Source of the DNA: Felis catus
Taxonomy: Eukaryota
Assembly: GCF_018350175.1 (NCBI RefSeq)
Contig: NC_058383.1
Span: 38,812,001 to 38,876,000, forward strand
Length of the DNA: 64,000 nt
Direction of reading: 5' to 3'
Shown: piece after piece, positions 11,401-22,800 of the stretch
Layout: each line of letters opens with the position of its first letter
How positions within the stretch are numbered: the stretch's first letter is position 1
The notes under the pieces: model-generated
What the model was told of the DNA's origin: nothing
Databases searched by the model: none
Seen by the model: only the letters and a program-made list of their open reading frames with translations
Program-made: the position numbers and the translations under genes

Positions 11401-13868
11401 CCCCGTCTCTTCTGAGCCTTCGTGTCCACTCCCGCTGGGCTAAGATGTCGTCTGGCCCCAGAATTCAAAACGAGCGTTCCGTTGTCTTTTCTCTTAAGTG
11501 TGTGAGTTTCGGTCTTTTCTTGAACCAGTACGTGAAATTGTTCTGGGTTCGGTGGCGTTGGCCCAGCTCCCGAATCGGCTCATCGCTGAGCTTGCTGGGC
11601 TGGCTCGTGTCCGTTTTTCCTGCACGCCCACCGCCTCTCTTCTGGTGCGTTTCGTTTCGTGAGTGTTTTCCGTCTTGAATTGAGGATTGTCTTGTCTCTT
11701 CTTTGTCTGGCGTCGTGATAAATTGCCCAGTAAAAGGAAAAATGTTTTTGTCTTGCGGTCGATTTTTGCTTTGTGATTTTTATCTTGGATAACTTTTGTG
11801 TTCTCACAGTCTGTGGACCCTAGTTGAGAATGTTTGTTTTACGAAGTTAGCTGTTTCGGGCGACTTCTGTGTGTGTTGATGTTCCCCCTTGGCTTTTTCC
11901 TCTTAGTGTTCTGAGCGCTGCCTCAGATGCTGTGGGCTGCTTGGGGGGAGGGGGGAGGGGGAGGACTTGTTTTTTAAAGTTCTCCAATTAGTTGTGACTT
12001 AATGTCCTTTCTTTAGCAGCTGCTGGTTTGCCCTCTTAAGGGAGTGGGAGGACTTTTGTGTGAGGTGGTATGGAAGTGTGGGTGAATGGTTAAGCTGAAG
12101 AATTAATTTCACGCTGGAAGCATTCTGCAAGGAAGGCAGAAACTAGGGTGGGGTTTAGAGAGGCAAAGAAGGACCTAGGTTTAGAGTGGGGAGGATTGGT
12201 ATTTGAGAAAATGAAAGTGTTGGAAGGTAAAGAAACTCATTTCTTGTGCTGTAACGAGAATTTTCATTTTTTTTTGTGCATTTTTACTTGCTTTTCCTAG
12301 ATTGAGCTTCATTTGTCACTCCTGTACCTTAGTGTGGTTTTCTGATTTTTCAGTCCTCTGGAGTCTGCTCCTGGGGTTGGGCAGGGACCCAACCTTTAGA
12401 GTTGGGGGATAGAGGTACAAGCAGTTCTGGAATTGGGCAATTTTCCTTCCATTCTCAATCTCCCCATACTTAAAATTTTGTTTTACTATATCCTTCAGGT
12501 ACTCATATGCTGTTTCTTCTGGAATTTTAAAAACGTAGGCTTCCTTTGTATCCGTGTTAATCTACCTTTGCTTATTTTTCACTAATCTCTTCACTTGTTC
12601 CTTGGGGTTTTTGAGGGGGGTAGTTTTCCCTCACATATTTGTGCTCTGTGAAGCTGTCGCGGACGAGATGAGATGGAGGAAGAAATAATGTATATGTAGT
12701 AGGAGAAAAGAATAAGAAATGTGTAGCTAAGAAATCTAACCAGAAAAATCGAGGGGGTTGAGGGCTTTTCAGAGCCATGCTGGGGTTGGGACAGGTCGAG
12801 AGGATAGAACCTTGGTGTAGGAGGCACGAAGAGAACATGGGAGAGATAAGGCAGGTCTGGAAGAGAAACACAAGATAACAGGGAATTGGTAGGGAAAGTT
12901 GACAGTTTTGCCTTAGTGAAGGGCTATGAAGGGGGGGTGGTGTTCTGAGTAAGTTTAGGGCAAGGAATGTGGAAGAGGGCAATGGGAACAGTTGGAGCAG
13001 AGGAGGTTTGATCAGAGCATTGAGCTGCAAACAGGTGATGTTTAAGGGGAGCTAGTGAGACTTGGGTGAGCTGCCGAATACGTGAGAAATCCTATTGGGA
13101 AGGAAATTAAAGGAGCAAGATAACAGGCAAGGTAGTTGATAGCTTATAAATATTTGAAATCAGGGAAATGGCCTCTCCTCGGGGAGGTAAAGTACAAGAA
13201 GATTATGTAGCCAAGGTTCTTGTGTTTCTGATATGCATGCTGGCTTTTATTCTTGAGTGTGAGGCTGCGTGGGACTCTTGGTTTATGTCAGAAACCAACC
13301 AGTCCACGTGTTAAGATATGTAGGGGTTGTTTAGTCTGTTTTGCGTTTGTGACGTGGTAGTCTGAAATTCTTAGGTCAGTTCTGAAAAGAATCTTTGGAT
13401 TTGGACTGTGGGCCCGTAGGTACCACAGATTTGTGGTAGTGGTGGTCGTGCCCTGTTTGGGGGCCTCAGTCAGTCAGTTGCCAGATGTCGGAAAGTAGAT
13501 TAGTGGGTGGAGACATTGGTGCTTATGGGAGCCAAATGAGAATAAAGAGTGTGGAAAAATTCGAGAGAAATAGGTTTCTTATTTTCTTAGGGTGGAACAA
13601 GAACATCTAGGTGCAAACAGAAATGGAAGTGGCTCTCGGCCTTTGAGGGAAAAGGCTGTAAGAGCTGGGGTAGGATTGAGTGGAAAGAAGGTATGGGAAG
13701 GGGAAGGGAAGGAAGGGTTTTTGTTAGAAGACCAGGAGGATTGTGCAGATAAAGGAGTTTAGTGTGGAGCTTCCTGTTGAAATAAGGGTGAAGAACAGGG
13801 ATTTGGGTGGTGGCAAGTGGTTAGTTTGGGGTCAGGGCCCTGACCCGTGTTTCCCCGCTCCCCCCCAG

Positions 13869-16800
13869 GNNNNNNNNNNNNNNNNNNNNNNNNNNNNNNN
13901 NNNNNNNNNNNNNNNNNNNNNNNNNNNNNNNNNNNNNNNNNNNNNNNNNNNNNNNNNNNNNNNNNNNNNNNNNNNNNNNNNNNNNNNNNNNNNNNNNNNN
14001 NNNNNNNNNNNNNNNNNNNNNNNNNNNNNNNNNNNNNNNNNNNNNNNNNNNNNNNNNNNNNNNNNNNNNNNNNNNNNNNNNNNNNNNNNNNNNNNNNNNN
14101 NNNNNNNNNNNNNNNNNNNNNNNNNNNNNNNNNNNNNNNNNNNNNNNNNNNNNGGGGGAGAGCCAAGCACTGAGTGAGTGCAGAGCTGGGGGAATTAGGT
14201 GGGATGTAGGGAGTTGAGGGCTTGTTGAAGAGGCCTGGAGAGGAGTTGCAGGACGGGAGGAGGTAAAGGAGCTAGCAGATTGAGAGGAGTTAAGGGACAG
14301 CTCAAGGTGGGAGATGAGGAAAGTCTGTACCAAGAGAAAGCCTGAGGGAATTTGAATTATTAGGATGAAGACACTTGGGGAAAGAGGGAAGCCATTGAAA
14401 AACAAAAAGGTGCTTTAAGGGGAGAGGTGGGAAAGCAGGTACCAGGCAAGAAAAGAGCCGGAGTAGAAGCTGACAGGTGTTGTCATTGGTAGAGAAGAGG
14501 AAGGTAAATGGATTTAAGGATTGAGGCCTTGGAAGGTAGTGAAGGCAAGAAAACAGGAATTGGAATACTAATCTGGATAAGAGGGGATCATGGGTTGGGT
14601 AGGGAAGTGAAATTTTGGAAAAGGAGTACAGTGAGAAAACCTTTTAGAGCAGTGGTTTTCAAACTTCAGCAGTGGCACCCTTTTTATACAATGCACTTCA
14701 CTTTGGAATCTCAGGAAATACCTGTTGTTGAAGTCGAGGAGGAGCACCTGGAACTTTGCCTGCTTAGCTTTCCTCTTTTAGCCCCTGGAGTTTAGCCTGT
14801 TTAAAATCCACTGTTCTAGAGGCTATAGTAAATGGAGGGAAGAAAGAACAGTGAAAGATCAGAAAGATTTAAGAGAAGGGCCCTTTGGGTGACAGTGAGT
14901 GAAAAGTTTTATGTGTGCATGGAAAGGGAAGGGATCCTCCTGGGAATAAGGAAAACTTTAACTTGGGACTGGGTTAAGTGCCTAGTCTNNNNNNNNNNNN
15001 NNNNNNNNNNNNNNNNNNNNNNNNNNNNNNNNNNNNNNNNNNNNNNNNNNNNNNNNNNNNNNNNNNNNNNNNNNNNNNNNNNNNNNNNNNNNNNNNNNNN
15101 NNNNNNNNNNNNNNNNNNNNNNNNNNNNNNNNNNNNNNNNNNNNCTCTTGTTTCCTCTGGACTGCACTGCTTCTGCTGTTTTCTCTTCTTCAACTTCCTC
15201 CCTGCTCTTTCTCCCAACTTCTTCCCAGTCTCATTTGGCTGCCTCCGGTGGTGTGAGCAACCCTGATCTTTTCTCTTCCCTTCTAACCATTGCCTTTTTC
15301 CCCCCAGGGTAACTGAGACTCACCAGTTGGCAGAACTGAATGAGAAAAAGAATGAGCGACTCCGTGCTGCCTTTGGTATCAGTGATTCCTATGTAGATGG
15401 CAGCTCTTTTGATCCTCAGCGTCGTGCTCGAGAAGCTAAACAACCAGCTCCAGAGCCTCCCAAACCTTACAGGTACTCAAGGTCAAGACAGCATGTCAGC
15501 TGCTTTTCTTCTAAGCGCTCTGCTCTATTTAGGGATGAGGGGGACTGTTCCTTCCCAAAGTGTTCAGATTTTGTTGTTTTGAAGTTGAAATGTCTGAGAA
15601 AATTCATCTTAGCACTCATCCTGCTTCTTTTCATCTTCCTCCAGCCTTGTCCGGGAGTCCAGCAGTTCTCGCTCACCAACCCCAAAGCAAAAGAAGAAGA
15701 AAAAGAAGAAAGATAGAGGACGGTAAGTTAGTTGGGATGTCACTTTAATAAGCAGGGGACCGGTCTTGTTGTCCCCCCTCCCCACCCCCCCTTTCTGGAA
15801 ATAGAGAATTCTTTTGGGAAGCAGGAGAGAGTTGCGAGATACATCAGGGAAGAGGGAGTTACCATTCAGATTTCAGTCACGGGAAGGAATGTATTCAGTT
15901 TATTCACTTGGGAAGGTTTGATTCTGCAGCTTGGCCAACTAAGAACTAACTAAGCAACGTCTTAAATTACTGGACTTTTCGTTTTGAGGTTTGTTGCTTT
16001 ATGGAAGAGGTATTTCTGCTTCCTGGAGAGTAATAAGTCCTGGGCTTAGGTCTGAAACATTGGGGATGTTTGTGTTTGTTGATTTAGAAGCCTTTTTTGG
16101 GGGTGGATTTTAAGTGGGGGGGTCAGAGAAGGAACCCAGTAGAATGACTTTGTTTCTGAACCCATTTTTAGCAGGTCAGAGAGCAGCTCTCCTCGACGAG
16201 AGAGGAAGAAGAGTTCTAAGAAGAAGAAGCACAGGTATGAGGTGGGAGTACATGAAGTGACTGGAGAGGTTTGAGGAGTCCAGGCATAGGTATTGGTTTA
16301 TGCGTTGTTTTCCCCCCCTCCCTTCCAACAGGTCAGAATCTGAATCCAAAAAACGGAAGCATAGGTAAGAGCTCCTCGGGACATTGGGGACATAGTGATA
16401 TGGAACAGTGAGCCCGTCTGGCCTTGCCTGTTCTGTAGCGGTTTCTTAGAGTAAAGCTCAGTTCTTTGATCTTCTGTCAATAGTTCTGTCATTTTTTTAT
16501 TTGATTTTGGATTTTTTTAAGATGATTATTTTGAATTTCCATTGTCAGGTCTCCCACTCCAAAGAGCAAACGTAAATCTAAGGACAAGAAGCGGAAGCGG
16601 TGAGTGAGTTTGTGTGAATTGGAGGGTAATTTGCTTATTAGGCAGTAGATTAGGTGAAGTCTACCTGGCGGGGTAAAGGGGAGAATCAGTTGTGTCCTTG
16701 ACTGATGGTGGAAGGTTGAGGGACCGACGAGGAAAATCCAGTGTAAGCGTAATAGCACCCTGAGCTGTGGTGGTGGCCTTCCTTCAGGTCTCGTAGTACA

Positions 16801-19800
16801 ACACCAGCCCCCAAGAGCCGCCGGGCCCACCGTTCAACGTCTGCTGACTCTGCTTCCTCTTCTGATACTTCCCGCAGTCGGTAAGGGGTGGTCCAGGAGG
16901 AAGGGAGGGAGAGGGACTTGTGGNNNNNNNNNNNNNNNNNNNNNNNNNNNNNNNNNNNNNNNNNNNNNNNNNNNNNNNNNNNNNNNNNNNNNNNNNNNNN
17001 NNNNNNNNNNNNNNNNNNNNNNNNNNNNNNNNNNNNNNNNNNNNNNNNNNNNNNNNNNNNNNNNNNNNNNNNNNNNNNNNNNNNNNNNNNNNNNNNNNNN
17101 NNNNNNNNNNNNNNNNNNNNNNNNNNNNNNNNNNNNNNNNNNNNNNNNNNNNNNNNNNNNNNNNNNNNNNNNNNNNNNNNNNNNNNNNNNNNNNNNNNNN
17201 NNNNNNNNNNNNNNNNNNNNNNNNNNNNNNNNNNNNNNNNNNNNNNNNNNNNNNNNNNNNNNNNNNNNNNNTGGGCAGGGTGGAGGGTTTGGGGAGGTTG
17301 GGGGAGGTGGATAAAGGGGTAGAGGGAGAACGCTTTTGGGGACTGTTGGGAAGAAAAGGACCAAAGTGAAGTGGACTTGAATTTCCATGAGTGACTTGAG
17401 TCTTGTGTGTAAGAGAAGGCTTCTTGGAAGAGGGTTTGTATAGTCAGGAAAGGTGGATGGGAGCTGGGAGGGGGTTCCCTCTTCTCCCCTGAGCTGATTT
17501 CTTTCCTCTCCCCTGCCCTCAATTACCTTCCTCAGGTCTCGAAGTGCGGCAGCAAAGACGCATACAATTACCTTGACTGGGCGAAGTCCTTCCCCTGTTT
17601 CAGGGCGTCGAGGGGAGGGAGATGCACCTTCTAAGGAACAAGGTACCACCAACACAGGGCAGCCTAGCAGCCCAGAGCCCTCTACAAAGCAGCCTAGCAG
17701 TCCTCATGAGGACAAAGACAAAGACAAGGAGGTAGGTTACGTCTTGAGTTAATGCATGTTTTTGGGTTGGAGGGTTAGGATGGGTGTTTGAAGTGAAGGA
17801 GGGAAGTAAACTGGTTTAAAGAAGTGAATTCAGTTCTTTTCGTAATGCAGTTTTCATTTTATTAAGGTCTTTTCTGCATGTGCAAATTCTATAGAGTTAA
17901 CATTTTCAAACTTCGCCGGTTATTTGTAGGTTTTACGTCACTATCCTGTTTATGCTTTTACATTCAACTTGAGAAAAGTATTTTTAAATCATTTTTAGCA
18001 TTTTGAGATTTGTCTATAGAGTTTATTTTTGTTAAATGCTGGTTGTAGCTAACTAAAAGTTGTCAACCCACTGGATTGCGGCCTGCAATTTGAAAACACT
18101 ACTCTGGAATGGTCTTTTCAGTACTTGTCATTTTATGGTTGCTGTTCTGATCGAAGCCCTAATCGTGATGTTTTGTTGCTTTAGCTATTACAGTGTAATT
18201 GCTCTTCGTTAAACGCTTAGCTTTTTAGTCCCGTTTTCTGTGTCCTCCAGAGTTACTTTTCTAAAGTACAAGTTGGATTACCTCAAAAACTTAATTTCTG
18301 TTTTAATTTCATTTATTTGTCTTATATTTAAAGCTTTTCAAACTTGGTTTCGTTTTCTTTTTCTGTACTTATCTGTAGTTCTATTTACATAAATCATATT
18401 CGCAAATCTTTGCCTTTGCACCATAATCTTAGTGTCTTTCAAGGGTGAAGTCAGATGCCTCATGCTTCGGGAAACTGCTTTGTTTTTCCGTTTAGTAAAA
18501 GTATGCACTTTTTTTCTGTTGCCGTGGTATTTTGTTAGGGTTATGGTAAAACGTAGTGTGTTGTTTGTGTTGTTTTTTTTTTTTGGTTATGAGACTTAAA
18601 GTGATAAGATAGCCTGTTCATGTTGTCCCAATTGTCTTTTTATGTGATCTTTTGTTAATGACTACCTGTGGTGAGGTAAAGGACCAGTTGGTGTTGTAAT
18701 GGGGTGTGTAGAGGAAAAATTTCATTGGCAAGGATGTTAGGCTCTTATGGGTGATAGGAAGTTTTGGTGTTTAGGTTGATGGGAAGTTTTGGTGCTTATG
18801 TTCCTATCCGTGCTTTCTTTTCCACTCTTAGAAATCTGCAATTCGACCTAGCCCCTCTCCGGAAAGGAGCAGCGCAGGCCCAGAACCACCTGCTCCCACT
18901 CCGCTCCTTGCTGAGCAACATGGCGGCTCCCCACAACCCCTTGCAACAACCACCTTAAGTCAGGAGCCAGTGAACCCCCCATCTGAGGCTTCCCCAACCC
19001 GGGGCCGTTCACCACCTAAGTCTCCTGAGAAACCTCCCCAGTCGTCTTCAGAGAGCTGCCCACCATCCCCTCAACCTACCAAAGTTTCTCGACATGCCAG
19101 CTCTTCCCCTGAAAGTCCTAAACCTGCACCAGCTCCTGGGTCCCGCCGAGAGATTTCTTCTTCTCCCGCATCCAAGAGTCGCTCACATGGCCGAGCAAAG
19201 CGGGATAAGTCACATTCTCATAGCCCTTCTCGAAGAGTGGGGAGGTCCCGTAGCCCTACCACCACTAAGAGGGGGCGATCTCGGTCTCGAACCCCTACCA
19301 AAAGAGGTCATTCTAGGTCCCGGTCCCCTCAGTGGCGTAGGTCCCGGTCTGCACAGAGGTGGGGACGGTCCAGAAGCCCCCAGCGACGTGGTCGCTCTAG
19401 GTCTCCTCAGCGACCAGGCTGGTCTAGAAGCAGAAATACCCAGAGAAGAGGCAGGTCTAGATCAGCAAGGCGAGGCAGGTCTCATTCTAGGTCCCCAGCC
19501 GCTAGGGGCAGATCTCGTTCTAGAACGCCAGCCCGCCGGGCTAGATCTCGCTCTAGAACACCTGCCAGGCGGAGATCACGATCCAGAACACCTGCCAGGC
19601 GTAGGTCCCGCTCTAGGACACCAGCCCGGAGAGGCAGGTCTCGCTCTAGGACACCTGCTAGGCGCAGATCTAGGACCCGATCGCCAGTACGACGGAGGTC
19701 TCGTAGCAGATCACCAGCCAGGAGAAGTGGCAGGTCACGCTCTAGAACTCCAGCCAGACGTCGGTCACGCTCTAGAACACCAGCCAGGAGAGGGAGGTCT

Positions 19801-22800
19801 CGGTCTAGGACACCGGCAAGACGAGGACGATCTCGGTCTAGGACACCCGTAAGACGAGGACGATCTCGGTCTAGGACACCAGCAAGACGAAGATCTCGTA
19901 GTAGAAGTCTAGTTAGACGAGGAAGATCTCATTCTAGAACACCACAAAGAAGAGGCAGGTCTGGTTCGTCATCAGAGCGGAAGAACAAATCCAGAGCATC
20001 ACAGAGGAGGAGCAGGTCCAACTCAAGCCCAGAAATGAAAAAATCTCGAGTTTCTTCAAGACGGAGCAGGTCTCTCTCTTCACCGCGGTCCAAAGCAAAA
20101 TCTCGCTTGTCTTTGAGGCGAAGCCTTTCGGGATCCTCTCCGTGTCCTAAACAAAAGTCTCGGACACCACCAAGGCGCAGTCGCTCTGGATCATCCCAGC
20201 CGAAAGCTAAATCTAGAACACCACCAAGGCGAAGTCGTTCTGGTTCTTCTCCTCCTTCTAACCAGAAATCTAAAACACCTTCAAGACAGAGTTGTTCCAG
20301 TTCATCTCCTCAACCTAAAGTGAAGTCTGGAACACCACCAAGGCAAGGGTCTGTAACAAGTCCCCAGGCAAATGAACAGTCTGCGACACCACAAATACAG
20401 AGCCGTTCAGAATCATCACCTGACCCTGAGGTGAAATCTATGACCCCTTCAAGACATAGCTGCTCTGGGTCCTCTCCTCCTAGAGTGAAATCTAGCACCC
20501 CTCCAAGAGGGAGCCGCTCTGGATCGTCCTCTCCACAGCCCAAAGTGAAGGCAGTAATGTCGCCAGTCCAAAGTCATTCTGGCTCCTCTTCTCCAAGTCC
20601 TAGTAGGGTAACCTCTAAAACACCGCCAAGGCAAAGCAGATCAGAGTCTCCTTGCTCCAAGATGGATTCTAGATTGTTGCAAAGACACAGCCGTTCTAGG
20701 TCCTCTTCACCAGATACCAAAGTGAAACCTGGAACACCACCAAGACAAAGTCACTCAGGGTCTACTTCACCATGCCCTAAAGTTAAGCCCCAAACTCCAT
20801 CAGGGCACAGTCTTTGTGGATCTAAGTCCCCATGTTCCCAAGAGAAGTCTAAAGACTTACCAGCACAAAGTTCTGGATCCTTCTCTCTCTGTCCAGGAGT
20901 AAAGTCTACCACACCACCAGGAGAAATGTATTTTGTCTCCTCTTCTCTGCAACAGAAAGGACAATCACAGACTTCACCAGACCCTAGATCTGATACTTCA
21001 AGTCCAGACATGAAACGGAGTCACTCTGAGTCTCCGTCTCTGCAGAGCAAATCTCACACACCTCTTAAGGGTGGCCGGTCCAGGTCCTCATCTCCAATCA
21101 CTGAGCTGACCCCCAGATCTCCAACAAGACCAGACAGAAGTGAATTGTCAAGTCCTAGGCTAAAATCTGGAATGTCTCCTGAGCAGAGCAAGTCTCAGTC
21201 TGACTCTTTCCCATATCCTGCCATGGACTCCAAATCTCTTTTGGGGCAGAGTAGATTGGAGCCTTCTGAGCCAAAAGAGAAAACAGGCTTACTCCTTCAG
21301 GAAGATATTACTGTGTCATCTCCTGGACCAAGAGACAAATCTAGTCCTTTCCCAGTGCAGGATAAATCTGAGTCCTCACCAGTACTCAGAGAGACACCTA
21401 AAACCCCATCAAGGGAAAGAGGTGGTGTTGGGTCATCCCCAGATACAAAAGACCAAAGTATGTCAGCTAAGCCAAGCCAAGATGAGGAATTAATGGAGGT
21501 CGAGAAATCTGAAGAATCCTCAAACCAGGTCCTCTCTCATTTGTCTCCAGAACTTAAAGAAATGGCTGGAGGTAATTTTGAATCCTCACCTGAAATAGAA
21601 GAAAGACCTGTGTCTTTGACTCTTGACCAAAGCCAGTCACAGACTTCTTTGGAAGCAGAAGTCCCTGCAGTGGCCTCAACTTGGAGTGGGCCACATTTTT
21701 CTCCAGAGCATAAAGAGCTGTCTAATTCCTCCCCGAGGGAGAATAGCTTTGGATCACCTTTAGAATTTAGAAACTCAGGCCCTGTTGCAGAAATGAATGC
21801 TGGATTTTCTCCTGAGGTTAAAGAAGATTTGAATGGATCTTTTCCTAATCAGCTGGAGACCGATCCATTTGTAGACATGAAAGAACAATCCACAAGGTCC
21901 TCCAGACGCAGCAGTTCTGAGTTATCGCCAGATGCAGTGGAAAAAGCAGGAATGTCTTCAAATCAGAGTGTTTCTTCACCAGTGCTCGATGCTGTACCCA
22001 GAACACCATCGAGGGAAAGAAGTAGCTCTGCATCTCCTGAACTGAAAGACGGTTTACCCNNNNNNNNNNNNNNNNNNNNNNNNNNNNNNNNNNNNNNNNN
22101 NNNNNNNNNNNNNNNNNNNNNNNNNNNNNNNNNNNNNNNNNNNNNNNNNNNNNNNNNNNNNNNNNNNNNNNNNNNNNNNNNNNNNNNNNNNAGAAGTGAA
22201 TGTGATTCTTCTCCAGAACCAAAAGCTTTGCCCCAGACTCCTAGGCCAAGGAGTCGTTCTCCATCATCTCCAGAGCTCAACAACAAGTGTCTTACCCCCC
22301 AGAGAGAACGAAGTGGGTCAGAGTCGTCAGTTGAACAGAAGACCATGGCTAGGACTCCTCTTGGACAGAGAAGTCGATCTGGGTCTTCTCAAGAACTTGA
22401 TGGGAAGCCCAGTGCATCCCCTCAAGAAAGAAGTGAATCAGACTCTTCTCCAGATTCCAAAGTTAAGACACGAGTACCACTTAGAGAAAGGAGTCGGTCT
22501 GGGTCGTCTCCAGAGGTTGACAGCAAAGCCCGACCTTCTCCTCGCCGTAGTAGGTCTGGCTCATCCCCTGAAGTTAAAGATAAGCTGAGAGTGGCACCCA
22601 GGGCACAGAGTGGTTCTGATTCTTCTCCTGAACCCAAGGCTCCTGCCCTTCGAGCTCTTCCCAGACGAAGCAGGTCAGGTTCATCAAGCAAAGGCAGAGG
22701 CCCTTCTCCAGACGGAAGCAGCAGTTCAGAGTCCTCTCCAGAACACCCACCCAAATCCAGAACTGCTAGAAGAAGCTCTAGGTCATCACCAGAGCCCAAG

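Noticed and set aside
760-17655. Long ORFs containing X runs
   Set aside because: Artefacts of translating through N-gaps.
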